This document shows positions 1 through 10,762 of a stretch of DNA of 64,000 bases, one piece after another. The notes beneath the pieces were generated by a model. That model saw only the letters and a list, made by a program, of their open reading frames with translations, did not search any database and was not told the origin of the DNA. The stretch's first letter is position 1; every line of letters starts with the position of its first letter. The position numbers were made by a program, and so were the translations under genes. Source of the DNA: an uncultured Verrucomicrobiae bacterium (GTDB taxonomy: Bacteria > Verrucomicrobiota > Verrucomicrobiia > Limisphaerales > Palsa-1400); assembly GCA_963707025.1 (NCBI GenBank), contig CAVPOM010000004.1, forward strand, positions 96,001 to 160,000, written 5' to 3'.

Positions 1-1140
1 CCGGCCGCGCTGATGAGGTTGATCACCCCTCCCGCCAGATTGACCAACCCCCCGTCCTGACCGGCCGTGTTGTTGTTGTAAACATAGAACCCCTCGTTGG
101 TCATGTAGCACGTCCCGGAATTGGTCATGGGAGACCACAAGTACAAATAAGCGCTGGAGGCCGCGCTCATCTGCGCCCCGCTTTGCAGCCACAGCCAGCA
201 ATTGGTGTTGCCGGCATAGCCGTTCTGGCCAATGCTGGAACTGGAACCCGCCAGCAGCATCTGCCCGCCATTCTCCACCGTTACCTGCGCCTCCATAGCC
301 ACCCCGTTCACACTAAGCACCGCCCCGTCAGCCACAAGGAAAGACCCGGACAGGATGCCATTAGTCGCAACGAGCGTCCCCGTCACCGGCAGCGTGTTGG
401 AAAGGGTGCTTCCGTCCACCGTTAAATTGGTGATGGCCCCGCCTTGAAAACCCGGCCCCAACACCACCGTCCCGCCAGCATACTCCAGATGGGCAATCGG
501 GTTGTCCGCCAGGGTGAGCACACCGGTGGTAAATTGATACTGGCCGCCACCGCCCAGCGTCAGACCCGCACCCGCGCTCGTGCCCGGACTGGCGCTGGCC
601 CCGAATTGGATCGTCGTCCCCGCCGCCGCACTGAAATTGCCTGTCAGCGAGCCCAACCCGCTGAAAGACTCGATCCGCAAAGTACCCGCCCCCGCCAGCG
701 TGGCCACCGCGCCCGGGTTGGTCAATTGGTCCATGCTGATGGTGCTGCTCCCGGCGGAAACATTGATCGTCCCCTGGTTCACCAGATAATCAAACCCACT
801 TTCGCCCATGATCCCGGCCGCGCTGATGAGGTTGATCACCCCTCCCGCCAGATTGACCAACCCCCCGTCCTGACCGGCCGTGTTGTTGTTGTAAACATAG
901 AACCCCTCGTTGGTCATGTAGCACGTCCCGGAATTGGTCATGGGAGACCACAAGTACAAATAAGCGCTGGAGGCCGCGCTCATCTGCGCCCCGCTTTGCA
1001 GCCACAGCCAGCAATTGGTGTTGCCGGCATAGCCGTTCTGGCCAATGCTGGAACTGGAACCCGCCGGCAGCATCTGCCCGCCACTCTCCACCGTCACCTG
1101 GGCCTCCACAACCACTCCGTTCACACTAAGCACCGCCCCA
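1..1140. repeat. In-frame intragenic tandem repeat, 813-bp (271-aa) period
   Basis: 1-252 is identical to 814-1065; similarity continues with mismatches to about 327/1140. Confidence 0.95.
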
Positions 1141-1622
1141 TCGGTGACGCCAATTGCCCCGGTGAGCTTTGAGTTCGTCAAACTGAGGATGCCGCCGCTG
1201 TTGATCAGGGCGTTCGTTGCAGTCAGGTTAAAAGTGTTCGCCTGGAGGGTTTGCACGCCCGAGGCCGCGCCGCCAAGGCTCAGATTGCTCAGAGTGACGC
1301 TGACATTGAGGGTGACGGCGTAGGTGCCCGGCGTGGTGACAAGGGCGGTGTCCGCCGCGCCCGGAACCTGGTTTGGACTCCAGTTTGCCGGCACGTTCCA
1401 GTTTCCGCCGCCGGTGTTCGTCCATGTGATGGATGCCGCACGGCTCGCCAGGCTGCCAACCAACAAACTGGCGGCAAACAATGCGATCCCTGACAAACGA
1501 ACGCCCACGAAAAGCCCCGTCCAAACTCTTCGAGGGGTTGGAGACCACGCGATGCGCCGGCCCGGTCTCAACAACCGGGGCGGAAATAAAGGCGCCGGCC
1601 GGCTGTCAGGATTGTTCAACAT
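1..1622 (-). CDS. Large secreted repetitive beta-helix/autotransporter-passenger-like surface protein (3' end runs off window)
   Basis: Not in the ORF track because it is open-ended. Manual translation from ATG 1622 gives a hydrophobic signal-like segment, then ASITWTNTGGGNWNVPANWSPNQVPG and G/N/T/S-rich repeats. The start codon is uncertain. Confidence 0.8.
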   Translation of the reverse strand, partial: MLNNPDSRPAPLFPPRLLRPGRRIAWSPTPRRVWTGLFVGVRLSGIALFAASLLVGSLASRAASITWTNTGGGNWNVPANWSPNQVPGAADTALVTTPGTYAVTLNVSVTLSNLSLGGAASGVQTLQANTFNLTATNALINSGGILSLTNSKLTGAIGVTDGAVLSVNGVVVEAQVTVESGGQMLPAGSSSSIGQNGYAGNTNCWLWLQSGAQMSAASSAYLYLWSPMTNSGTCYMTNEGFYVYNNNTAGQDGGLVNLAGGVINLISAAGIMGESGFDYLVNQGTINVSAGSSTISMDQLTNPGAVATLAGAGTLRIESFSGLGSLTGNFSAAAGTTIQFGASASPGTSAGAGLTLGGGGQYQFTTGVLTLADNPIAHLEYAGGTVVLGPGFQGGAITNLTVDGSTLSNTLPVTGTLVATNGILSGSFLVADGAVLSVNGVAMEAQVTVENGGQMLLAGSSSSIGQNGYAGNTNCWLWLQSGAQMSAASSAYLYLWSPMTNSGTCYMTNEGFYVYNNNTAGQDGGLVNLAGGVINLISAA

Positions 1623-1830
1623 CCAAGCCTTTGTTGAGTGAGTGACGGATGGAAAACAGCGAATTGGCCTCCGGCCTGAAGATTCTCTCCCAAACAGATT
1701 CTATTGACATGGGGATGCGGGAGGCCCGATCATTTTGCAATCGTTTTGTCACGGCATCTGACTGCGAGCAAGTGAACATAGGAAACTGCTGACAAGCATC
1801 AGTTTAATCGCAGGCCTTCCCGTTTGCAAG

Positions 1831-1859
1831 TTGAATCCATTGAATATTACCTGTATAAT
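1831..1859 (+). promoter_or_regulatory. Near-consensus sigma70 promoter
   Basis: TTGAAT-N17-TATAAT; no + strand CDS follows. Confidence 0.5.
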
Positions 1860-1940
1860 GCACCGCAGGGCTATGCCGGGTCGAAAGCCTGTCGCTTAGA
1901 GGGAAAACTCACGTCATCCGGCATTATCCGTTTCCCGGCA

Positions 1941-1979
1941 AAGCCGCTGAACTCGGAGCGTTACCGAGGCGGGCCACCA
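1941..1979 (+). pseudogene. 3' half of a tRNA paralogous to the tRNA-Lys(UUU) at 56806-56879
   Basis: T-arm ctcgg-agcgtta-ccgag, then gcgggcc-a-cca; aligns to 56843-56879 with compensatory T-stem changes. Confidence 0.8.
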
Positions 1980-2746
1980 TTTTGGGGCGTGCCCGGATGC
2001 ACTGCCTCCAGCCGGGGGCGTTTTGGGTGACATTGCCCTTCGACGGGGCTGCCTGGCCAAAGGCGGTCCAGCAAGTCGTGCCGGTACCACGACCAGGATT
2101 CGGCGACGCGAGTCCACCGGCTCCGCGCGCTCCGCTCCGGCAGGGGTTGAGGCCAGGCATCATCTGTCCCCGGCAAGCCGAGGGCCTGAGCCAGCGCCGC
2201 CGCGATCCGGGCGTGACCTTCGGCATTCGCGTGGAAACGGTCCTCGCTCCAGAGTCGCGGGTCGGAGCCGACCGGGTATGCGGCGAAGCCGATGAGACGG
2301 GCGCCGGTGGAAGTAGCGGCCTCGCGGATGGCGTCATTCATGGCCCGGACCCGGGGAGCCAGGAGACGGCCGATCGGCATGACGCCGGTGAGGTCCGGGA
2401 GCGTGAAAGTCAACACGACTGCTTTCCCGCCGATGAGCGCCCCCATCATGCACTCGAGTTCTGCCCGGAGCTTGCTCGCATCAAAACTGCGTTCGAGAAT
2501 ATCATTTGAGCCTGCGAAAACGGTTGCGAGGTCGGGCTTCATGGCGAGCGCTGGTCCAAGCTGCTCCTCGCGGATGTCCCGGGAGCGATTGCCGCGCACA
2601 CCCAGGTTCGCGTAGAGCAACCCGCCCTGCGCTTGCGCCACGCGTTCGGCCAGACGGTTCGCCCAGCCACGGTAACCACCCGCCCCATCCGGGTCTTGGA
2701 GACCTTTGCTATGCATCAATGTATCGCGGCGGCGATTTTTGCGCAT
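1961..2746 (-). pseudogene. SGNH/GDSL hydrolase, N-terminally truncated duplicate of 56818-57654
   Basis: Near-identical to the second copy from GLQDPDGAGG onward but lacks block I (VAIGDSS, catalytic Ser); DRFH motif retained. Confidence 0.85.
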
Positions 2747-2902
2747 GGACGGACGCGCGAGCCGGGTGCTTCCCCAACCCGAATCGTCAGACCGAAATCG
2801 CGAAAAGTTAGCGGCACCATCTCCCTGGCCCGCTCGCAGAGCTGAAATCCCGAATCTTAAGATGACAGGCCAAGCATGAGCGGAAACTCGCCCGATTCCT
2901 GG

Positions 2903-5071
2903 CTATTTCAAAAAAATATCCATTTCCTTGCCCTGCAGCATATCGGCGTAATTGACAAACCATCCGTCAAGCGGTTTGCCGCCGATGGTGATTTTATCAA
3001 TATTCTTGCCTTTGCCTCGTTTTACGATGGTGAACGTCTTGCCATTGCCAAGGGTTATTGCGATCTTATCGAATATCGGCACCGATACGATGTATTCAGG
3101 ATCGGCAGGCGAGTAAGGGTATATGCCAATGGCATTGAAGACATACCATCCCGTCAGAGAACCCTCGTCGTCCATCCCCGGCAAGGCCAGACCTTCGGGA
3201 CCCATGCCAAAGTAATGGGAGAGCAGTTTGGTAAGAACCGCCTGTGATTTCTCCGGCTTGTTTACGAAATAATAGAGGTAAGGATAGTTGAAATCGGGCT
3301 GGTTGCCCATGCAGAACTGCCCGAGAAAACACGACAGATTATCAACCGCATAGCCTTTCCAGGGAACGGTGAAGAGGGCGTCGAGCTTCTGTTCGAAATC
3401 CGCCGGGCTCTTGTAGAGGCTGATCAAGCCCTGCGGGTCCTGGGGCACGAAGAAAGATGCCTCCCAGGCATTGGCCTCGCGGTACATAAACTCGTAGTAG
3501 GGATAATACGGATCGAACGGCGAATACCAGGTTCCATCGGCCAGGCGGCCTCGCATCAGCTCCGTTTCCGGGTCGAATACGTTCTTGTAGTTCTTGCTGC
3601 GCTTCATCATCTGGGTGTAAACATTGGTATCGCCCAGCGCCTTGGCAAGCTGGGCTATGGAATAATCGGAATAGGCAAATTCAAGCGTCTTGGTGGTTCC
3701 GGCGGTGGATTTGGTTTCGGTTACCGGGTGGGCGATGTTGGCTTCGGAAATATAGCCGGCTTCCAGATACTCTTTGTTGTGAGGCCTGGCACGATTACCG
3801 TCGGCCGTGTTGGCATTGTTCAGCATATAGCGGTAGGCCTGCTGGACATCAAAGCCCCTTACGCCACGCAGATACGACCCCGTGATATACGTTGATCCAA
3901 AATCGCCGTGGAACGAGGTGGGCAGAAATCCCGAACGCGCGCTGCCGCGCAGCATGGAGTTGATAATGTCGTTGCTGACATCGGGAAGCAGCATGTCCAG
4001 CAGGACAAGCTGGGTGCGATGGACATCCCACAAAGCAGGACTCGCCAGGCTTTCGGACTCAGCGCCAGCGTCGCTGGAAAGGCTCGGAAACCAGAACTGC
4101 CGGAAGAGGCAGGAGTAGAACAGCTCTTTCTCCTTTGCGGTTCCGCCGGTTACCTGAATTCTGTTGAGAATCGCTTCCCAGCATTGGCCGGCCTCCTGGT
4201 GAACCTGATCGAAGCTTTTGCCGGCAATCTCAGCTTCCAGGTTATGTTTCGCCGCCTCAATACTGGTATAGGAAAGGGCGATCTTTACCTCCAAAGGCTT
4301 GTTTTCATTCTCGAAGCTGATGACGGGGACATCAATCTTGCCCCTGATTCCCCTTTGGCCGCCCGCCCCCTGGCCGGAGCGCGGAACATTGGGCAGGTTG
4401 GGATTGCGCTTGTAAGTGTCAACGCTTTTGATGCGGTGATTCATCACGGCATAAAAACACAAACCACCCTGCCTTCCCGAAACCGCATTGTCGCCCGCCT
4501 GTTGCAAATCCCAACTGCTGCTTCCGCCTCCTGCATGCACCAGGTCGAAGGCCAGTTTCTTCTCTTGTCCGCCCTGATACGTGTATCGGTAATAGGCACA
4601 CCGTCTGCTGGCGGTAAGTTCAGCATTGATTCGGTAGCGCTCCAGGAAAACCTGATAATAGCCGGGGTGGGCCGATTCGTTGGAATGGCTGAAGCTCGAT
4701 GCGAAATCATCGGCGGTGAAGCTGTTGCCTTCCAGCGGCATAACGGGAATGTTCTGTTTTCCCCACTGCGTGTTGCTCGTCTGCGCGAAAGCCTTGATCG
4801 TATTGACTTCGTACTCATATCCGCTGCCGCTGCCGTAGGTGGTGATCGGAACTGCCTGGACCATCGCAAAGGGGACGGTCGCGGCGGGTGCGTTCAGGCC
4901 GTTCCAAGTGCGCCAGGGAGGAACATAGCCGAGGTCGGCGCTGTTGGTCAGAACGGTTGTTCCGAGAAAGGGATTCACATAGTCCTTCGCGGCGCGATTT
5001 CTTTGGGTGAATTCGCTGCAACCGGCTGCAATCGTCATCACCGCTGCAATAAGGGCGTATTTCCGATTCAT
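2903..5071 (-). CDS. GH92 family alpha-mannosidase (lipoprotein signal)
   Basis: YVNPFLGT, AHPGYYQV, TLEFAYSDY, YREANAW, GNQP and PGMDDEGSLTGWYVF motifs; AAGC lipobox. Confidence 0.92.
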   Translation of the reverse strand: MNRKYALIAAVMTIAAGCSEFTQRNRAAKDYVNPFLGTTVLTNSADLGYVPPWRTWNGLNAPAATVPFAMVQAVPITTYGSGSGYEYEVNTIKAFAQTSNTQWGKQNIPVMPLEGNSFTADDFASSFSHSNESAHPGYYQVFLERYRINAELTASRRCAYYRYTYQGGQEKKLAFDLVHAGGGSSSWDLQQAGDNAVSGRQGGLCFYAVMNHRIKSVDTYKRNPNLPNVPRSGQGAGGQRGIRGKIDVPVISFENENKPLEVKIALSYTSIEAAKHNLEAEIAGKSFDQVHQEAGQCWEAILNRIQVTGGTAKEKELFYSCLFRQFWFPSLSSDAGAESESLASPALWDVHRTQLVLLDMLLPDVSNDIINSMLRGSARSGFLPTSFHGDFGSTYITGSYLRGVRGFDVQQAYRYMLNNANTADGNRARPHNKEYLEAGYISEANIAHPVTETKSTAGTTKTLEFAYSDYSIAQLAKALGDTNVYTQMMKRSKNYKNVFDPETELMRGRLADGTWYSPFDPYYPYYEFMYREANAWEASFFVPQDPQGLISLYKSPADFEQKLDALFTVPWKGYAVDNLSCFLGQFCMGNQPDFNYPYLYYFVNKPEKSQAVLTKLLSHYFGMGPEGLALPGMDDEGSLTGWYVFNAIGIYPYSPADPEYIVSVPIFDKIAITLGNGKTFTIVKRGKGKNIDKITIGGKPLDGWFVNYADMLQGKEMDIFLK

Positions 5072-5244
5072 TGTTGTAACTGTTCAGGTCTTTCGTTTAA
5101 CTGGCCGGCAATATGGGGGAATGGGGTGCTTGGGGTCGAGGAAATAGGGCGAAAAACAGTTTCATTTAGGGCTGAACTCTGGTCGGCGGCATGAGGAGAG
5201 CGTGAGCGTGGATCACAGTCTGATCCATGCACGGACGGCAAATT

Positions 5245-5445
5245 GCCCCGGTGGAGTTGGGGCGGTGCGCGGATTGCCGGCGGCCCATCCCGATTGGAGC
5301 CGGTATTTGCTCTCCCGCGAACTGTGCCAAGTGTGGAAGTGGCGCAACCCTGTCGGCCAGATCAGAGACATGGCGTCGCGTTCGCTGCTCCTCAAGCTGG
5401 CGGAACAGGGGTGGGTGGTCCTGCCCGTGTGCCGATGCCATTCGC
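5245..5445 (+). pseudogene. DUF4338-like (IS-associated) protein N-terminal fragment
   Basis: HPDWSRYLLSRELCQVWKWRNPVGQIRDMASRSLLLKL resembles DUF4338 N-termini; no continuation. Boundaries approximate. Confidence 0.6.
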
Positions 5446-5764
5446 CCAACATATCAGAGGGCCCGCGCCGTTTGCTCCAGGGCGCGTTCATTCCTCGAGA
5501 CGGGCGCGCCGGGACCGGCTCCTCGGCCCGTAACGATGGAAACCTCGAAATGCTTGCTGCCAAGCAACAGATCGTTTCCGTGTGAAAATCGGTGCGCTTC
5601 GACATTTTCATGGTCCGGGCTTTACATGGAGGGCGATTTGCCTTTTCCTTTCGAGCATGGCCCAAAATGTGAAAGCGTGCCGGAGTTTGCACGAAGAATC
5701 ACTCAAGGCCCACGAATAAAAGAATTAACGACAACACGTTCCCGGCTTCGACATAACTTCTCCA

Positions 5765-6745
5765 ATGCATTTATTTCTCACGCCTCGGCCGAGTTCCTTT
5801 TCGAACCCAAAACTTCCCGCGACTGAATTCGCCTTGGCGGCAGTGTTGCTGTGCGTCACGACCGTGCGGGCCGCGGCCCAGGCACCCGCCCCCAGCCCGA
5901 TCATCGCCGATGGCGCCCAAGTGGAAAAAGTGGGCAGGGGCTATGGATTCACGGAGGGTTGCACCGCCGACAAGGATGGCAATGTCTTCTTCACTGACCA
6001 GAATCACGAACCGGGCGGCCAGATCCTGCGCTGGTCGGCCGAGGACGGCAAAATCACCGTCTGGCTGGAGCCAACCGGACGGTCCAACGGGGAGCGATTC
6101 GCGCCCAACGGCGATCTGATCACCTGCGCGGACGAGCACAACCAGCTTTGGCGCATTACTCCCGACAAGAAAGTGACTGTCCTGGTCAAGGATTACAAGG
6201 GCAAGCTTTTGGACGGCCCCAACGACGTCTGGGTGTTGCCTAGCGGCGGAATGTATCTGACCGATCCCTACTACCACCGTCCCTGGTGGGGGCCGGAGCA
6301 TGCCTCTCCACAGCAGGACAAGCGGGCCGTTTACTATCTCACGCCCGACGCCAGGACCCTGGCGCGTGTGATTGATGATTTTCAGATGCCCAACGGCATT
6401 GGCGGCACTCCGGACGGGAAGATACTATATGCCGCCGATATCAACGGGCGGAAGACCTGGAAATATGACATTCAGGAGGACGGTTCGCTTAAGAACAAGA
6501 CCCTGTTCTGCAACGCCGGGTCCGATGGCATGACCATGGACAATCAAGGCAATGTTTACTGTACGCAAAGCGGGATTCAGGTTTTCGACAAAACCGGCAG
6601 GCAGATCGAGCGAATTCCCTCCCCGGAAGGCCAGCAGCCGGCCAACATTGCCATTGGGGGCAAGGAACACAACATCCTGTTCATGGCCGCCCGCAACAGT
6701 GTTTACACGTTGAAGTTGAAGGTAAAGAATTGGGACCAAAAGTAA
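5765..6745 (+). CDS. SMP-30/gluconolactonase/LRE family protein
   Basis: GFTEG, GPNDV, PNGI and GSDGMTMD motifs; signal peptide. Confidence 0.92.
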   Translation: MHLFLTPRPSSFSNPKLPATEFALAAVLLCVTTVRAAAQAPAPSPIIADGAQVEKVGRGYGFTEGCTADKDGNVFFTDQNHEPGGQILRWSAEDGKITVWLEPTGRSNGERFAPNGDLITCADEHNQLWRITPDKKVTVLVKDYKGKLLDGPNDVWVLPSGGMYLTDPYYHRPWWGPEHASPQQDKRAVYYLTPDARTLARVIDDFQMPNGIGGTPDGKILYAADINGRKTWKYDIQEDGSLKNKTLFCNAGSDGMTMDNQGNVYCTQSGIQVFDKTGRQIERIPSPEGQQPANIAIGGKEHNILFMAARNSVYTLKLKVKNWDQK

Positions 6746-6809
6746 GAGTATAAAAACCATTTTGGCCGGTTTGGTCAGCGTCGCGTTCGTAGCCGCAGCC
6801 TTCGGAGCA

Positions 6810-6990
6810 GGTGGTCATAACCCGGGGCCGGCTTGAGGCAGTGGGAGCACCTGGCGGCTCTGGATGGGTGCGCCTGGACGGTGATTTCGAGGCAACGAGG
6901 CCGGCCCTCCCGATGGCGTTGGAGTCGGATGTCGTGGAAAACGAATCCGGGAAAAACTTGAATCGCGTTCGGAACGGTCTTAACTTGCGG
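6810..6990 (-). mobile_element. ISL3-family transposase N-terminal remnant
   Basis: QVKTVPNAIQVFPGFVFHDIRL...CSHCLKPAPGYD resembles the ISL3 zinc-finger N-terminus; truncated. Confidence 0.6.
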
Positions 6991-7284
6991 TTGAAAATCC
7001 GGTCTCCTTTTCGAGGGTTGGCGCTGTTTTGCAACTCGCACCTTTCTCGAACTTCCGGGGATCAGCTATTTGCTTTTGCCGCCCCGGACGACCTCGCGCC
7101 GTCTATGGGAGGGGGCGGCGTCTGCCGAACTTCAGTTCGCGCCGCCGCAGATCGCCACGCGTCACGGACTCGTCCGCCTCGCCCATGGGCGCGCCCGCGA
7201 CGTGCGAAAACTTCGTCAATCCGTCAAAAACACTGTCAAAAAAAGCTCGCACAAACCCTGAATTGGCCTTTAATCACAGAGATT

Positions 7285-8400
7285 ATGCCACGGACCCAAA
7301 TATCCAGGCCAGGCCAGGCCGCGCGTTTGGTGCTTTTGGCATGGCTGGCCGCCGTTTGCCTGCTGGCGGGTTGCAAGAGCGCGCCGCCGGGGGTTTTCAA
7401 ATCGGCGAGAGCGGACATCCTCTTCCAGGCGCACACTGCGGCCTTTTACCACGAAGAAAATGGGCTTGCCTGGTACAGAAAGAACACCGAAGGAGGGAAA
7501 GCGGATTATTGGAAGTGGGCGGAGCAGATGGAGATGATGCTGGACGCTTACGAACGCACGGGCAATGCGCAGCAACGGGTGATGTTCACCAAGCTGTTTC
7601 GCGGATTTCTTTTGCAACAGGGCACGAACTGGTCCCGCAATCCGTACAACGATGACATCATGTGGATGGCCATCGCCTGCACCCGGGCGCATCTGCTCAC
7701 CGGCAATCCTGAGTTTCGCGACGTGGCGCGGACGAATTTCGACCTCTGCTATGCGCGGGCGATCTCAACGAACTTGGGCGGCGGCCTTTTGTGGAAGGTG
7801 GGGCTGCAGACCAAAAATGCCTGTGTGAACGGTCCGGGGGCCATCGCGGCTTTTCTGCTGGGCCGGGCGACGGGCGAAAGGTCCTACTTCACCAAGGCCA
7901 CGAACATTTTCCTGTGGGAGCGCGCCACGCTGTTTGATCCGAGGACCGGCCGGATTTCTGACGCCATCGGCGGAGGCGGGCGGGTGAATCGCATGGCGCT
8001 GACCTATAATCAGGGCACCTTTGTCGGGGCGGCGAATTTCCTCGGATACACGAATGAAGCCATGCTGGCATCCACTTTTACGATGAACCAGCTTTGCTTG
8101 GATGGGATGCTGCCCGCGTCGGGAGAGAATGGCGATGGAGGCGGTTTCAATGGCATCGGGGTGCGGTGGATTGTGCGGTTCATGAACGAGCGCAAGGCGC
8201 AGGCCGTCTTTGAACCTTGGTTGCAGAAAAATGCCGATGCTGCGTGGCAAGCCCGCCGTCCGTCGGACAATCTTTCCTGGTGCCGCTGGCCGGAGCCGAC
8301 GCCGGGAGGGCGGAAAGCCTCGTGGGATTGCAGCTCGGCGGTGGTCATCACGCAGTTGGTTCGTCCAACGGCACAGGGCAAGGCGGATCGCCCCAAATGA
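7285..8400 (+). CDS. GH76 family alpha-1,6-mannanase-like lipoprotein
   Basis: YNDDIMW catalytic motif, KNACVNGP, TYNQG; LAGC lipobox. Start reassigned to ATG 7285. Confidence 0.9.
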   Translation: MPRTQISRPGQAARLVLLAWLAAVCLLAGCKSAPPGVFKSARADILFQAHTAAFYHEENGLAWYRKNTEGGKADYWKWAEQMEMMLDAYERTGNAQQRVMFTKLFRGFLLQQGTNWSRNPYNDDIMWMAIACTRAHLLTGNPEFRDVARTNFDLCYARAISTNLGGGLLWKVGLQTKNACVNGPGAIAAFLLGRATGERSYFTKATNIFLWERATLFDPRTGRISDAIGGGGRVNRMALTYNQGTFVGAANFLGYTNEAMLASTFTMNQLCLDGMLPASGENGDGGGFNGIGVRWIVRFMNERKAQAVFEPWLQKNADAAWQARRPSDNLSWCRWPEPTPGGRKASWDCSSAVVITQLVRPTAQGKADRPK

Positions 8401-8552
8401 AGCATCCGATGCGAGACTCAATATTATTATAGTTGGATGAAGCCGTGATGGTTCAAGACTTCACCCGCACGGCGCCAATGATATTTGGCAGCGCGGAGAA
8501 AGGTAATTCATATCAAACAATAATGTTCAATTGGCAAAGGCGCAGACAAATT

Positions 8553-9215
8553 ATGAAAAAATTGTTAACGATCGCCATTGGAATCGTGTTTGCCTTCACG
8601 AGCGTCAACTCCGTCTATTCCCAACAATTGTGGAACCTGGCGAAAGATAACAAAGCCACCTTCGCACTCTCGGTCTGGTTCACCGCACGGAATGTGCGCG
8701 ATTCTCTATCCACGCCGGCCGGGTTGGATAGTGCGGTTACCTGGTGCAAACGTTATGGAGTTACCAAAGTATATCTTGAAGCCTTCGGGAGGGGTCTTTA
8801 TGCGGAGCGCAAGACTCTGGCAGATGCGAAGGCCAGGCTGCTGAAAGAGGGATTCGAAGTGCAGGGCGGTGTCACGACCAGTCAGTTCGGAAAAGACGGT
8901 GTCGGCAATGGGTGGAAGGGCGCCCAATGCTATACCGACAAAGGAACACAGGAAGAACTCCAGCGCATCTTCGAATTCGCCGCCTCCCTGTTCGATGAAA
9001 TCATTATTGACGATTGGTATTTCACGACGTGCCAGTGCGAGGCCTGTGCCGCCGCCCGCGGAAACCAGACCTGGCCGGAGTACTAATCGGGTACAATGCC
9101 TGCTTTAACATGCGCTGGCTGGCAAGTCTGGGCAACGCCGGCGGCGGCTGGTTCGATAGTGGCGGCACGAGAACGACGGTGAATACATACCTGGAGCAGG
9201 CCCGGCATTCTGTGT
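8553..9215 (+). pseudogene. Secreted TIM-barrel/glycoside hydrolase-like protein with internal deletion
   Basis: Signal peptide and FDEIIIDDWYFTTCQC; stop at 9086; an out-of-frame fragment (GGGWFD...TYLEQARHSVL) follows. Confidence 0.55.
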
Positions 9216-9411
9216 TGTCATGCCTGACAAGGATGCGGTGGTGGCCATCACTGCCGACACCGCCGACATGCAAGGCGAATTGAACGCGATTTGGAACAAC
9301 CTGTTTCCCGCATTTCAATCCGGGGCGCTGCCAGAGGATGCGGCCGGACAGGCAAAGCTGAAGCAAGTGATCGCCAATCTGCAAGCCCATCCGGCGAAGA
9401 AGGATAAATAA
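9215..9411 (+). pseudogene. C-terminal fragment of a serine hydrolase (beta-lactamase family-like)
   Basis: VMPDKDAVVAITADTADMQGELNAIWNNLFPA resembles C-termini of that family; no N-terminus. Confidence 0.5.
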
Positions 9412-9437
9412 AATGGAATCTTATTAATCCAATTCTT

Positions 9438-10760
9438 ATGAAACGAAATTCTTTGGTGGTCCTGCTTTTGCTGGCACTGGCACCCGTCGTTCAGGCTGAA
9501 ACTGCCACGGTGCGCGAGCGTTTGCTGCTCGATTTCGGCTGGCGCTTCCACCAGGGCGACCCGGAAGACGCGATCAGCAATGGCACGAACATCTTCGATT
9601 ACCCCGAGCCCGGCACACTCGACAAGACGCGAACGCGGGATCTGATCGCGGCCGCCGACCTGGCGGCGAACCGGGCTGACCCGGTGGCGATCAACCTGGG
9701 TGCCAAGGTTTCGTTTGTCCAGCCTGGTTTCGACGCCCGAAGCTGGCGGGAGCTGGACATCCCGCACGATTGGGCCGTGGAATTGCCGTTCGATCCCCAT
9801 GGCAACGCCGCGCACGGCAAGAAGGATCTCGATCCGAAGAACGGCACGACCATCGGCTGGTATCGGCGCGCCTTCGATCTGGCTCCCGCGGATTCGGGCA
9901 AAGCCGTCTGGCTCGAATTAGATGGGGTTTATCGCAATGCCGTGATCTGGCTCAATGGCCATTGCCTGGGCCGCCACATCAGCGGCTACGGCAGCTCTAT
10001 GTTGGATATTGGCAAGGTAGCAAATTTCGCCGGACGCAACACTTTGGTCGTGCGGGTTGATGCCACACGCTACGAAGGCTGGTTCTACGAAGGGGCGGGA
10101 ATTTACCGCCATGTCTTGCTGGTCAAAGCCAGCCCGCTCCACGTTGCCCACTGGGGCACTTCCGTCACCACCCTCGAAGTGACGGATAGGCAAGCGGTGG
10201 TCAAAGTGGAAACCACCCTCACCAACGATTCGGATACTGCCCGGGTCTGCATGGTGGAAATCCAGATCGTTGAGCCCGACGGCCGGCAGCTCAAGGGGGC
10301 GGGCGCAATTGGCTCCAACGCCGGCCGGAGCCTCTCTCCCGCCGAGATTCCCGCCCACAGCCAGAAAATCATCACGCAGTCCATTGAGGTGCCACAACCG
10401 CAGCTGTGGTCACCTGGGACGCCCCGCCTCTACCACGCGGACATCAGCGTGAAAGAGTGGGCGGGGAGCGTGGTGGACGCATGCGAGACGACCTTCGGCA
10501 TCCGCACATTCCGGTGGGACCCGAACGAGGGCTTTTTTCTCAACGGCAAGCACGTTGAGATTCAGGGCACTTGCAACCATCAGGATCACGCCGGCGTGGG
10601 TATCGCACTGCCGGACCGGATCCAGTCTTTCCGAATCGAGAAGCTCAGGGAAATGGGCGCCAACGCCTACCGGACGGCACATGGTCCACCGACGCCTGAG
10701 TTACTCGACGCCTGCGACCACCTTGGAATGATGGTGATGGACGAGATCCCAGCTATGTAA
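9438..10760 (+). pseudogene. GH2 beta-galactosidase, C-terminally truncated
   Basis: IPHDWAVE, GWYRR, WFYEGAGIYR, GTCNHQDHAGVG, NAYRTAH; ends at MVMDE, before the acid/base NE motif. Confidence 0.85.
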
Positions 10761-10762
10761 GT

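Noticed and set aside
1666..1730. ggcctccggcctgaa...gcgggaggcc resembling a c-di-GMP-I riboswitch stem
   Set aside because: Wrong strand for the adjacent surface-protein gene, and the GGCAAA..GAAA arm is missing.
5202..5585. DUF4338 as part of a Druantia defence system
   Set aside because: Only a short fragment, with no helicase or other dru genes.
7215..7240. Three GTCAA direct repeats upstream of GH76
   Set aside because: Too short and unevenly spaced to call an operator.
6811..7284. N-terminal extension of GH76 in the ORF track
   Set aside because: It reads through the ISL3 remnant and intergenic DNA; the lipoprotein signal begins at ATG 7285.
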